From Macrostomum lignano (taxonomy: Eukaryota), in the NCBI GenBank assembly GCA_002269645.1, contig NIVC01002358.1:86015-150014 (forward strand): DNA of 64,000 bases. Direction: 5' to 3'. The notes beneath the pieces were generated by a model that was not told the DNA's origin, did not search any database, and saw only the letters and a list, made by a program, of their open reading frames with translations. Each line of letters starts with the position of its first letter. Position 1 is the first letter of the stretch. This document shows, in pieces, positions 49,001 to 61,900 of the stretch. Position numbers and translations under genes: made by a program.

Positions 49001-49360
49001 AATTGAGTAATTGAGTCATTAAGGAAATTTCTGAACATTTCATTTTGAGCATCTATAATTGCATGAGACTACCATCGGCCACTTTCTCTCTCGCAAATAC
49101 TTGTGATGTACTCGTAAGTTATTAAGTTCAGTTTTGTTCACTTCTGAATCTTGTCTAGTTTATTTAGATCTATTAAATTTTTTATCATTACGTTTGTTGA
49201 TAGATTTTCTTACGTAGCTCTCTCGTCTGAGATCCCCTCTAAACCATCCAGCCAGATCTCCCTTTGTACTTAGTCTCATTCAAATAAATGAACGAGAAAC
49301 TGATGCTAAATTTCACCTTTTGGACTTACTACTCTTGCCCAGACCGACACTGCCACACCT

Positions 49361-51102
49361 ATGAGCGAGGCACTGGCACCGGCAGCCCCCAGGACGGTGG
49401 TGCTGGACCCGGACCCAATGTCGGAGATCTCCCGCCGAGCTGAGCGACTTCGCAGCGAGGCAGCCGACGCAGGCGCTGTTTTATACCCCTGCGGCTTCTG
49501 CCGGAAGGTGTTCAAATTCAAATACGAATACGAGAGGCACGCCAAGATACACAGCGGCGACCGGCCCTGGAGCTGCAACCAGTGCTACAAAACCTTCAGC
49601 CGCAAGGACAATATGCGCGCTCACATGAAAATACACACCGGCGAGCTGGTTAGGCACGAGTGCGGAGTGTGTGGAAAGTCCTACGGCAGGAAATACGACT
49701 TGCAGGTAAGCGAGTAGCTGCCCTGCCAGACTTGACTTGAGTCACCCAGATCCCCAGGCTGGGCCGCCATCCTCCCAGATCCAGGCTGAGCCTCTATACC
49801 CTTCCAGATCCTCAGGCTGGTCATCCCCCCCCCCCACCCAAGATCCTCAGGTTGGGCCTCTACCCTCCCAGATCCTCGGGCTGGGCCTCCAGCCACCCTT
49901 CCAGATCCTCAGGCTGGGCCTCTACCCCCCAGATCCTCAGGCTGGGCCTCTACCCCCCAGATCCTCAGGCTGGGCCGCCAGCCACCCAGGGTGCCCTCCC
50001 AGATCCTCAGGCTGGACCGCCAGCCACCCTCCCAGATCCTCAGGCTGGGCCGCCAGCCACCCTCCCAGATCCTCAGGCTGGGCCGCCAGCCACCTTCCCA
50101 GATCCTCAGGCTGGGCCGCCAGCCACCCTCCCAGATCCTCAGGCTGGGCCGCCAGCCACCCTCCCAGATCCTCAGGCTGGGCCGCCAGCCACCCTCCCAG
50201 ATCCTCAGGCTGGGCCGCCAGCCACCCTCCCAGATCCTCAGGCTGGGCCGCCAGCCACCCTCCCAGATCCTCAGGCTGGGCCGCCAGCCACCCTCCCAGA
50301 TCCTCAGGCTGAACCGCCAGCCACCCTCCCAGATCCTCAGGCTGGGCCGCCAGCCACCCTCCCAGATCCTCAGGCTGGGCCGCCAGCCACCCTCCCAGAT
50401 CCTCAGGCTGGGCCGCCAGCCACCCTCCCAGACCCTCAGGCTGGGCCGCCTCCTAAATCAAGAGTAGGCTTTACGAATCCAACACGAATTTCGAATTGGC
50501 AGGTGCACGAGCGGGTGCACAGTGGCGAGCGACCCTTCCAGTGCGCCTCGTGCGGCAGGTCCTTCATCAGCACCAGCCGGTTGCGGGCGCACCAGCTCAT
50601 TCACTGCAAGAACATCTACCTGCCCCGGCACGTCCGCAACAAGGGCTCGCTGCATCAGCAGCGGCAGCAGCAGCTCTGTCTGCTTCCACCCGCGCTGCCG
50701 CCGCCCCAGACGCCGCAGCCGTCGTCAACGCCGTCGCTGTCTTCACTCGCCTCGCCGCTGCCTTCGTCGCTGCCTCCAACAGCTGGCGAAGTGGAACTCG
50801 ACTTGGACGACACCGAGCTGGAGGTCGAGAAGGCAAAACCTTCGCCCTCGGTGGACAGCGACTCGGCGATGGAGAGTCCTGCCGACTGCAGCGGCTGCGA
50901 GGAGCCGCACCCGGTCTGCCGGATTGACGTGGCCGCCAAGATGCGCCAGCTGGAGTCGGCGCTGATGCAGCGGAAGGCCGAGCTAGCCAGCCGCGGCATC
51001 AAGGTGGAAGTCGACGATATGTTGGACTTGGACTCGCATCGCCTGCTAGACGACGAGGCCCAGTTCCACGTGGTGCTGCCGGAGCCGGCAGACTGTCGCT
51101 GA
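49361..51102 (+). CDS. C2H2 zinc-finger protein, 4 fingers, 314 aa, 2 coding exons (49361..49705, 50503..51102)
   Basis: CxxC...HxxxH fingers with HSGDRPW, HTGE and HSGERPF linkers. A phase-0 GT-AG intron splits finger 3. Confidence 0.9.
49745..50450. repeat. 33-bp minisatellite (gccagccaccctcccagatcctcaggctgggcc) in the zinc-finger intron
   Basis: Direct reading; related to the ANAPC10 intron array. Confidence 0.95.
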
Positions 51103-52110
51103 CCGGACGGCCACCCCGTCAGTCAGAAGATGAAATTTTAACTAACAGTTTCTCTTTTCTTAGTTGCTAAGGTAAATTTAGCGTTATCTGACCGGTTTTG
51201 CAAGGCTCAGAGATTTACTTTCTTAGTTCAGGTGCTTAAATTACAGGTGCTAATCGCAGCTTTATGGGCTAGTAAAAGCTATCTCTCCATTTTTGGAAAG
51301 CCTATTAAGTAACCGGATTAGCAATCCATTAGGAATGAATGCCTTGCAAGCTTAATCGATTGGTGTTCAGGTGTTTTTATTTCAATTTTATGGTTGCTCA
51401 TCACCCGACTGTACAAGTAGAAACCGTTAATTAGCCAATGCACTAACTTATAGAGACAGAAAAAGCAGATCATTGTGAGAGGCGACTGCATTAATTGTGT
51501 GTAAATAGCGCACCAAATTGCTAATCTACTTGAAGTAGTTAATCCGTTTTTTCTTTTTGTCAAGCCATATGACAAATATTGGTTAATTTTCATTTTATTT
51601 GATCAAATTTACCTCTGTGTCAAATAAATCCCTTGCGGACATGACCGGTTTTGCAATCAGTTGCTACTGACAGCTTGTTGAACTTTAGTATACATTGAAT
51701 CATATGTTCCTCTTAATAACGCCTTATAATTACGAGTATTTAAACCCGAAGAAAAATTAATTTCAACGATTCGGCAGTCAATATTAAATGAAAAATTTAT
51801 GATTTTTAATTGACAAGTTTAATTCATTAACTGATAATAGATTGACAGAATAATAATAAAAATGCCGATGCGCCGAAATTGACTATCGTCGATGGTACTA
51901 ATTATATTATTAGCAATCATTGTTCAATAGAAAAATAAAGCATTTTTGTTTGATAGCGGTAAATTTAGCTAATTCTACAGATACTACTAGCCATTAGTTA
52001 AGTAATATAGAGAGAACATGACAGGGCGGGTGCAGAGACGCACACATTCCATTCATATTTATTAATAGACAAAGATTATACAGTCAAATAACAGCTTCAA
52101 GAGTTGACCT

Positions 52111-52886
52111 TCAAGTGTCCCCAGCCCGCTGTTCGCCATTCGCTCTGTTCTCCATATTGACATCCTCCACTTTCACCTCGTCTTCTCTGTCCTCATCCTC
52201 ATCGTCAGCCTCGCGATCGAACAGCTCGCCAGCTTCATCGTCGCGCTGCTCATCCGGTTCTTCATCAGCCTCGTCCGGACTGCAGGTGCCCGCCGCGGCG
52301 GCCAGATCCGCCTGCGAGTTCACCGGCCACAGCGGCACCGCCGGGTCCGTCGCCTCGGTTCGGTAGATGCCGGCGGTGTCGGAGGCCGGGCCGCCCGCGG
52401 GCTGCCGCGGCAGTCGGACGGTGCGCAGGCCGGGCCGCACCAGGCCGGGCGTCTCGCCCAGCAACCAGGCGAGCGCCTCCGATTCCTCCGCTGGCGACGC
52501 CGACCAGGATAGTCGGCGAAGGCTCTCGCCAAGTTGACGACGTCGAACGACAGAAGCGGAAGCGTCAGCAGCAGCAGGACTTCGCCACCGACAGAAGAGG
52601 CTCTCGCTGCCGGCCGCCTGCACGAGGCGCAGTCGCGGTCCGTGCTCCGCCAGCCTCAGCTCCGTCCGGTCCCAGCAGCTCACCCGACCTGCGCCGTCGT
52701 TGCGGCCATCTTCGCTGCATTTGCTGCGACGGCGATTGCGGCCGAGAAATAGCGGCGGTCGGCAGGCGTTGACGATAGCGGAGCTGGCATCCCGCTGTTT
52801 ATCCCGCTGCAGGTCCAGCAGGTAGCGGGACCAGTGCTGAGCGGCTGCGGCCGTGGCCATAACGGACGGTGTGGCGGCTGCGTGCC

Positions 52887-52926
<40 letters not shown>

Positions 52927-55900
52927 CTGCAGTGAAGAGGCTGCTGTTGAAGATGCCGACGACTGTTGCAGCTCAGCGGTGGCCAGCAGGCGAATGCTGA
53001 GAATCCGATCGCGCTGGTCCAGGCTGATGCGGTAGAGCTGCTGCTGCTCCTGCGACTCCAGTTGCTGCTCGGACTTGACGCGGCTGCATTGATGAGGTTC
53101 GGCATGGATGGATGGTGGAGTTAAAGAAGCGGGAATCGAAGGATCAAGGGGCAAAACTGTGCAATCATAATTCTTTAGAAGCCTTTCAGAAAAAAGATGT
53201 ACAAAATCTAGTTATTTCAGAAACCGACTTTTCCAAAAAGAACCGTTGACTAATTTTCATAGATGATTTCGTATTAGGCGTCTAAAATTTTGAGGGCTCA
53301 CCGATTTCCGTCTGGCGGGCAATCGACCGCCGCTCCGGCCGTCTCGCCTTTTATGGCCGCCGCCACCGAAGGCCTGGTCGCGTAGAACCCTCGCAGCAGC
53401 CTCCGGGAGGCTTCCTCGGTGACCAGACTGTGCAGCTGGCGGACGGCCAGCGACAGCAGCCTGTCAAGTGTGAAAATCCGATAGCACCTACTGCCGAGCA
53501 GGTGTCGGACACGCTCCTCGAAACTGGCGGGGTCCAGGCTGGTGTTGATCAGGCTCGTGGCCAGCTGTAGAAATGCGGCGTAGGTCTTGGCGGAGCGGGC
53601 CGCCGTGCTGGTCGCTGTGGGCGCCAACTCGGCTGCCGCCTCAGCTGCTGCCAGCTTGACCTCGCCGAGCCGCTCAGCCAGCATGTGGAACAGGCGCAGA
53701 AAGGAGTAAACTGCGCTGTTGCCTAGCAACGGTCGCCTATCAGTTGGTATCAGCGGCTCCGCGTCCTCCAACGCCAGCAAGCTGTCAATGCGGCTTTCGT
53801 CGGCATCAGACTCGCCAACGGCGCTGTCGCTGGCCACGCGGTCGTCTCCGGTGACGTCGCGAAGCCAACAGCGCAGCAGCCGCCTCACGGCCGCGCGCTC
53901 CTCCTGCCCGACGCCGGCCAGTCGCTTCGCCTGCAGCGCCAACAGGTCTACAGCGTCATTGCGAGCAGCCGCGCTGTCCGAGGACACGGCCAGCCGGACA
54001 GTCTGATCCGGCCTAGTGGAGATGTCGTTCACAAGGGCTCGGGTGCGCATCTGGCGCAGGTCCAACTGCTTGAACGCCTGGCCCTGTTCGGTCGAATGTC
54101 AGTAGTAATTACAGTAGTAATTTGCATTGGCTATAAAAGCTAGAGCGTAGGCTTGCTACCGTAATACTCACCTGATGGTCCAGACTCTTGGCGTTGTTTC
54201 TATCAATCTGTTCGCGCCAAACTCTGTTGAAGGCTTTCTGGGCTTCTTTCCACTCGTCAGCCTTGGCCTTCAGTCGGCGAAGGATCAGCGGCACGGCCAC
54301 GGCCGGATTCTCCTGCAGGCACTGGATGACCACGTGCGCCTTGTCGCCGTAGACTCTGCACATTTGTTGGGTAAAAAAAAAATTTACCTTACTGTTGATA
54401 ACAGGTCCCAAAAAGAGCGATGAGGCAATTCTGCTGATTCTCTTGAGCTCTTGAGCACATACAAACGCGCCAGTACTGTACTTTGGCGCACAAATCCCAA
54501 CTGAATGTACCCTCTGATAAATAAACCAGATAACATCACAAGATAACTTTCGCTCAAACAAGATAACATGCCCTATTCCGGTTATGCAAAATGTTATCTT
54601 GTATAAATCCTGTTTGCGTGACAAAATTTTACGTTTCCTTGTTTAAAACAAGATTCAAATAGGATTCGGTGACCAGGTAACAGTCGGGTAATTCATGCGA
54701 ATCTTGCAGGGAAACATTGTGTTATCCTGGTTGTTATCTTGTTTGTTATCCTGTCTGACAAACAGGATTCGCTGACCAGGTAACAGTCGGGTGGCTGTGC
54801 ACGGAATCGAACCAGGGGTTGTGGCGTGAGAGTTAGATGCGTCTACCGCCGAGCTACTCAGATATGAGAACCACAATGACTTACTAAGAGAATTAAGAAT
54901 AAGAATAAAGGAATAAGTAGTGTCTATTCCTATTTAAAAATTAAAAAAGACATTATTCTACGAAACAAAATTGCCTATTTTCCTAATGTCCCGGTTTTAT
55001 CAAACGAGACGGCTAAATTAACTGCGGAGTTTTGGTCGTCAAATGCGAGCCTTCTAATGAAATTATTATTTTAGAAAATGAATGATAAATAGATGCGTTT
55101 TGCTATCTACTGCAAGATGCAAATTCGCAAAGTACAGCATTTGATAACTAGGATTAGGAGGAAAATGGATCAGCGGGGACTGCGTTACCCAGCTAAGCAG
55201 AAGTGAAAAGAGAGCCAAAAGAGACTGCGGGAGGACTTGGCGAAAAGCTAAACTGTCTTGGCTATTGAATGGGAAATTCGTTGGGCGGGCCGGAAAATCC
55301 AGGGCGATCAATATGCCTCAGTTGGTTACTCGGGCCCAGGGGCTGTCATTAAATTGCGACTTATCCCCCCCCCCCCAGTCGCCTTCTGCTACCATCTCCA
55401 TCTCTCAGCATGATGCAGCTGTTTGTTCTATGCAGCGCGTCAGAAGAGCCGGGACGCAAGGAGCTCCGCAGAATAAATTGAATGCGGCAGACAGCAGCAA
55501 CGCGGCGAGCATGGCTCGCCCGGGGATAAAGCGGAGGGGGAGCCTCGCCAAAGCAGGCGAGTAAAAGCCGATACTGATTAAGAATGCGCCCGCCTTTCCT
55601 TAGTCAAATGATGCGCAGCACTGGGGTTGGCGCTCAGGGTGCATTGTACTGCTGAATGGCGGCAGGGCTCCAACTGCACTGCAGGCCTCATAATCGCTAG
55701 GATAAACAATCTCGGTTGTTCAAAGCGGCCAAAGATTTATAAGCGGACAGATGGTATTGCGAAAATATCCATAATAGCTACGGATTGGAATAGTAGTCTT
55801 GTCGCGTGGGCTATCTAACAGCAGCTATAATAAAAGATTGGTGACTGGACTCATTTTAGACCAGTAGGGCAGCTCAGCCAATGACAGGAAAGATCATCGA

Positions 55901-58900
55901 GTCTGAAGTCTTTCTTCGCTGTTAAAAGTCAGAAATAGTTTAATCGACGGAGAATACGAGTACTGAACGCTGAATACACTATCGGTGATGGAGTATGAGC
56001 GCTTCTCGCCATTTCGTCTATTCACACAGGAGTCTGTGGAGCGCATCCTTCGGAGACGGAAAGATGGAACATTTCTGGGCCAGGCTTTAAGTGCACACGC
56101 GTCAAGATTTGGAGCGGCGCAGGTGAATACTAAGTTGGCAGCACCGCTTGTTGGTAGGCAACGCGCGACTAAATTGAAAGGTAAGAATGTGGACAAGACG
56201 GCGTCTGCAAGACGGGATAGTCCGACTAATGTGGCATCTACAGCGACAGATGAAAGGCGGCCGAATCCGAAGCTTGCGGCTGGCATGAAGCTGCCGCCAA
56301 ATTTAAGCGAACGGTTTCCCGTCAAAAAGCTGAGCGGCGTCATCTTGGAAGATATTGACGAGTTCTACGCTGACAAGCTCACCTGCGTTGTCATTGCGCG
56401 TGACAAGACAATATTCAGGTTTTCAGCAACCAAAGCACTCATGCTTCTGTCGCCGTTCAATCCAATAAGACGATGTGCGATAAAAATTTTAACACACCCG
56501 GCTTTCTCCATGCTGGTGCTGCTAGCAATTATTTGTAATTGCTTTTTCATGGCAATGAACAGCAGTTCAGAAACAGTGGAATACACATTCACGGCAATCT
56601 ACACAACCGAGGCTATAATCAAGGCAATATCCAGAGGTTTGATCCTATCGAATTTCACGTACCTGCGCGATGCGTGGAATTGGCTTGACTTTATAGTCAT
56701 CGGCCTAGCTTACATAATGTTTTTCAGTCAGGCGTTGGGAAATCTCAGTGCGCTACGCTCACTTCGAGTTTTGCGAGCTCTAAAAACCGTAACAACCGTG
56801 CCTGGTCTGAAAACTATTGTTGGTGCTTTGATGGAAGCCGTGAAACGTCTGAGAGACGTAGGCATCTTGACAATTTTTGTGCTAAGTATATTCGCATTGG
56901 TAGGCTTGCAAGTGTACAAAGGCACACTGTTGCAGAAGTGTGTAGTAAAGTTTAATCTGACAGAATACCTTGACATGGAACAACTAACAAATTACACGGA
57001 GCTTAGCAGTACAGAGCAAAAAATATTAGAGCAGAAATTGCGGAGGCTACATGGAAACAATTACAGCAACTGGTACAGAAACCCAACAGTTCGGGTGTGC
57101 TCATTATCAGACCAGGTCGGGCAACAGTGTCCAGAAGGCTACGAATGTTTTCGTACCAACGAAGCCAACCCTGACTTTGGTTATACAAACTTTGACAACT
57201 TCGGCTGGTCGATGCTATGCGCATTTCGTCTCATGACGCAAGACTACTGGGAAAGCCTCTACCAGCTTGTAATTCGAACCAATGGAAAACCGCACGTCTT
57301 CTACTTTGCTTTTGTCATTATGTTGGGTTCCTTCTTTCTAATGAATGTCATATTAGCTATAGTTGCGATGGCCTACGATGAAGTAAGAAGACAGGACAAA
57401 TTGGACGAAGAGGAAGAGGCTGCTCGGAAGCAAGACGAAGAAAACCAGGAGCAAGAGTTCAACAAGGACGGGCCTTTCTCTGAAAGCTACTATTCAGATG
57501 AAATGAGCTGCCTGAGCTTGCGAGATATCTATAAGGTAGCCGGAATATCGCTAGATAGATTTAAGCAAAGCGCAGAGGAGCTAAGCATGCAATCTGACAA
57601 GATCGAAGGTGGACATGTACGAGAAAGAATAATAGCGAAAAAATACGCTCAAAGAGTTAATAAACAATGGTTCAAAAGTCTCAGTTTGCCCAGTTCGCCG
57701 TGTATTAAGCACAAAGACAGGTTTCATTTGAAACCTGCGGATTGCACCAAACTTAATATATTGGAAGCAATACGATTCCCATATGCAGACGAATCGTCTG
57801 CTCAGACGCCTGCATCGGAACATGCCAAAGAGCAGAAACTGATCAATGAAGGAATAAAAAAATACGCACAGTTCTCGACATTGGATCATGACTTCAAAAT
57901 CCACACAAATGTTTGGATGTCTGATTTGAAGAGAAAGAATTTGAAAAATATATTGCTTTGCACTAAAGATGGTCAGGAAAGGCCAACAATGGACCTAGTG
58001 TCACACGAAGAATACCACAGATCTGCGACAGTCGACCATACTCAACTAATAAATATGAGACAGGGTCACACTTGCCAACAGGACAGCGAAACCAGAGAAC
58101 AAATAGTTGATATGCAAGAAGTCATCCTGCTAAAAACCTTGGTGAATGAGTCCTCAGAAACTGCAAAAAATCAAGACAGCATTGACATAGAAGGGAAGAG
58201 GAAAGAGAAAAAAACAGAATACTTCAAGCGCCGCTTTCTGGATAAGTGTTGCGACAGTTGGGATTGCTGCGACGGTTGGAAGGTGTTCGAAAAATATGTT
58301 GCCTTTATAATTCTTGACCCATTTACAGAACTGTACATCACGTTGTGCATCTTGGTTAATACAGGCTTCATGGCCCTTGATATGCCGACGAACAGCAAGA
58401 AATTTAGCGAATTCCTGAGCAATGCGAATCTCTTCTTTACAGCTACGTTTGCAGTTGAGGCTATTTGCAAGCTAATAGCAATGAAGCCACGAGTCTACTT
58501 CAAAGACGGATGGAATATATTCGATTTTTGCATTGTAGTTTTAAGCCTGGCAGAGCTGCCACTCCAGAACATCCAGGGATTGTCAATTTTACGTGCTTTC
58601 CGACTTCTTCGCGTGTTCAAGCTGGCCAAGTCTTGGCAAACAATGAATTTGCTGTTCGCCATCATTGCAAGAACAATGGGAGCATTGGGAAATCTAGTTT
58701 TTGTCCTGGGTATAATAATATTTATATTCGCTGTCGTTGGTATGCAACTGTTTGGTGAGAACTACTCGACGTATAAGAATACGACACTGTATCCGCACTA
58801 CAAAGGTGACTACCCGAGATGGAACTTCAAAGACTTTACGCACAGCTTTATGATAGTATTCCGTGTTCTGTGCGGAGAATGGATTGACAGCATGTGGAAC

Positions 58901-61900
58901 TGTATGAACGTAAACGGATTCATCTGCATGCCTTTCTTCTTGCTAACAAACATATTGGCCAGTTTGGTTGTACTCAGTTTGTTCTTAGCCTTGCTATTGA
59001 GCAGCTTCGGGGCTGAGAGTCTGCAACGGCGTGAAGTGGAGGAAGAGGTTAATAAGCTTCAAGGGGCTATTGATCGAATCAAGAGGTTTTTAGTATGGCT
59101 GCAGCTGCAGATTATTCGATTGTTTTGGTATATTATTTACAAAATCAGAGATAGTCTGTGCAGTCAGGAACTAAATGATGAAGATCTGTTTGAAAGCGAC
59201 AGTCAAGACGTTGACGAACCTGATGCAGAGAACGCAGATAAAAGGGGACCAAGGATAAGCCCAGACGGCCGATTTGCGCTGAAGCGACACGGGGCATTTT
59301 TAATGGAGAATGTCAGTATAGCGGCCAGTAATATGGTGTTTAAAGACATTAACGAACTCCATGCCAATCGGGATGCTTGTGGTGAGGCGCACAACAAAAT
59401 CTACCCAACTTGCCAATTTAGCCTTGCATTGGAGGATCAATTTCCACCTGCATTTGAAGAGCCAGAAATCAACGAAGTAGACATTGTTTACTGGGATGCT
59501 CCAGAGGACTGCTTTCCAAAGAAGCTGACTAAGCATTGTCCAAATGTAATGCGGCTATTTGATACGACAAGATTCGGAAAAGCCTGGTGGATTTTTCGAT
59601 GCCAAGTTTATAAAATAGTTGAGCACAAGTATTTTGAGATGTTCATCATTCTAATGATTGCACTTAGTAGCATTACTCTAACTGTAGAGGATGTCAATTT
59701 GCACAAAAAACCAAAGTTGAAGCTGGTTCTTGAGCACATGGACAAGTGCTTTACAGTTATTTTTACACTGGAAATGGTGCTAAAGTGGGTCGCCTTCGGC
59801 TTAAAGAAATACTTCAAAGATGCGTGGTGCTGGCTGGACTTCATAATAGTAAATGTAGCACTCTGCAGCCTGGTGTTGATTTTCTTGGGTGGAGCGTCAG
59901 GACAAAGTATGGGCGCTTTCAAAGCCATGAGAACATTGAGAGCTCTAAGGCCGCTTAGGGCTGTAAGCAGATGGGAAGGAATGAAAGTTGTCGTAAACGC
60001 GCTTATCCAAGCAATACCATCAATCTTCAATGTATTACTAGTGTGCCTGGTATTTTGGTTAATATTCAGCATCATGGGTGTGCAGCTATTTGGAGGACAG
60101 TTTTACAAGTGTGTTGACAATGAAACGCAGGAACGTCTGCTACCTGAAATTGTTCCCAACCAAAGCGTTTGCGAGGAGATGGCGAGAAAATTTGGCAACG
60201 TGTCTTGGCAGAATTCTCGAATCAATTTTGACAATGTTCTGAATGGCTATCTGGCTTTATTTCAAATAGCCACATACAAGGGTTGGCTAGGAATCATTGC
60301 AGATGCGGTTGACATAACAGGTAACTGGGCACAGATACAAAATATTTTTAGTAAGTTATTAAATATAGTTAAACTTTATTTAATGCACTAATTGCTTATT
60401 TCAGGTGTCGGCATACAGCCACAACGAGACGCCAGTACCACAATGTACCTGTTCTTTGTGCTGTTCATCATATTTGGTTCATTCTTCACCCTGAAACTCT
60501 TCATTGGCGTTATTATTGATAACTTCAACATGCAGAAGAAGCGAGCCGGCGGTTCAATGGAAATATTCTTGACAGAAGATCAAAAGAAGTACTACAAAGC
60601 GATGAAGAAGATGAGTAGCTCAGCTCCACAGAAGCCTGTACCGAAACCAAAGCTAAGAATCTCACAGTTTTTCTTTAAAATCACCAGCAATCAAAAATTT
60701 GACGTTGTAATTATGATATTCATAATGCTTAACACAATTGTAATGTGCATTGAACATCACGACCAGTCGGAGGCATTCAATTTTGCTGTTGAGCAGATCA
60801 ACAGAGTCTTCATAGTGATATTCACATTCGAGTGCGTGATGAAGCTGATGGCGCAGCGATGGTATTACTTCAAGTTTCCATGGAATGTGTTTGACTTCGT
60901 CATAGTAGTGCTGAGCATTCTCACCTGGGCAGTGGAAGACATCATACAGCTGTTGCGCATACCGCCAACTATAATACGCGTTGTGCGAGTGTTTCGGGTC
61001 GGCCGAGTCCTGAGGCTGGTGAAATCGGCCAGGGGTATTCGCACTCTGCTGTTCTCCTTGTTTGTGTCCCTACCAGCCCTGTTTAACATCGGCCTGCTGC
61101 TAGTCATGATCATGTTCATCTACAGCATAGTTGGCATATCGTTTTTTAGTCACGTGCGGCACAGCAGCGGCATAGACGAGATGTTCAACTTCGAGACCTT
61201 CCCTAGCGGCATGGTGGTGCTGTTCCAGCTGAGCACCTCGGCCGGATGGGACAGCATCTTGGACGGTTTAATCAACGAGAAGCCGCCGCACTGCGATCCA
61301 GACAAAAAGCCGCACAGCGACTGCGGCAGTTTCGCTCTGGCCGTATTATTCCTGGTTTCCTACCTGGTGATCAGCTTCCTAGTCATCATCAATATGTACA
61401 TAGCGGTTATACTGGAGAATTTCAGTCAGGCAACGGAGGATGTGCAGCAGGGTCTCACGCAGGAGGACTTCGACTTGTTCTACGAGAAATGGGAGTCCTA
61501 TGATCCCAAGGCGAAGGGCTTCATCCCGGTGAGCCGAGTGTACGAGTTCCTGGACGAGCTAGAGCCGCCGCTGCAGCTGCCCATGCCGAACCGGATCAAG
61601 TTGGCCACCCTGAACGTGCCGATTTGCAAAGGCGAGACGATCTTCTGCGTAGACCTGCTGGACGCGTTGACGCGAAACTTCCTGGGCACGGCTGCCGACG
61701 AGGAACAGCTGGCGCCGTTGAAGCCGAAAGCGGGCGGCAAGATCAAAGAGGAGCGCATAGTAATTAGCAACACACTGGAGAGACAGAAGCAGCGCCACGC
61801 GGCGAGGATAATTATGAACTGCTTACGGGCCCGGGTGGAAAAACGCAAAGCGCTGCAGGTCAGTGCTGTGCAGGAGTGAACAATTATTATTCACTTTCAC

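Noticed and set aside
55985-61879. Nav as a split gene, pseudogene or frameshift (two ORFs), or as a horizontal transfer
   Set aside because: An 84-bp GT-AG intron joins the ORFs in frame, and the product is a typical metazoan four-domain Nav1 with no disabling lesions.
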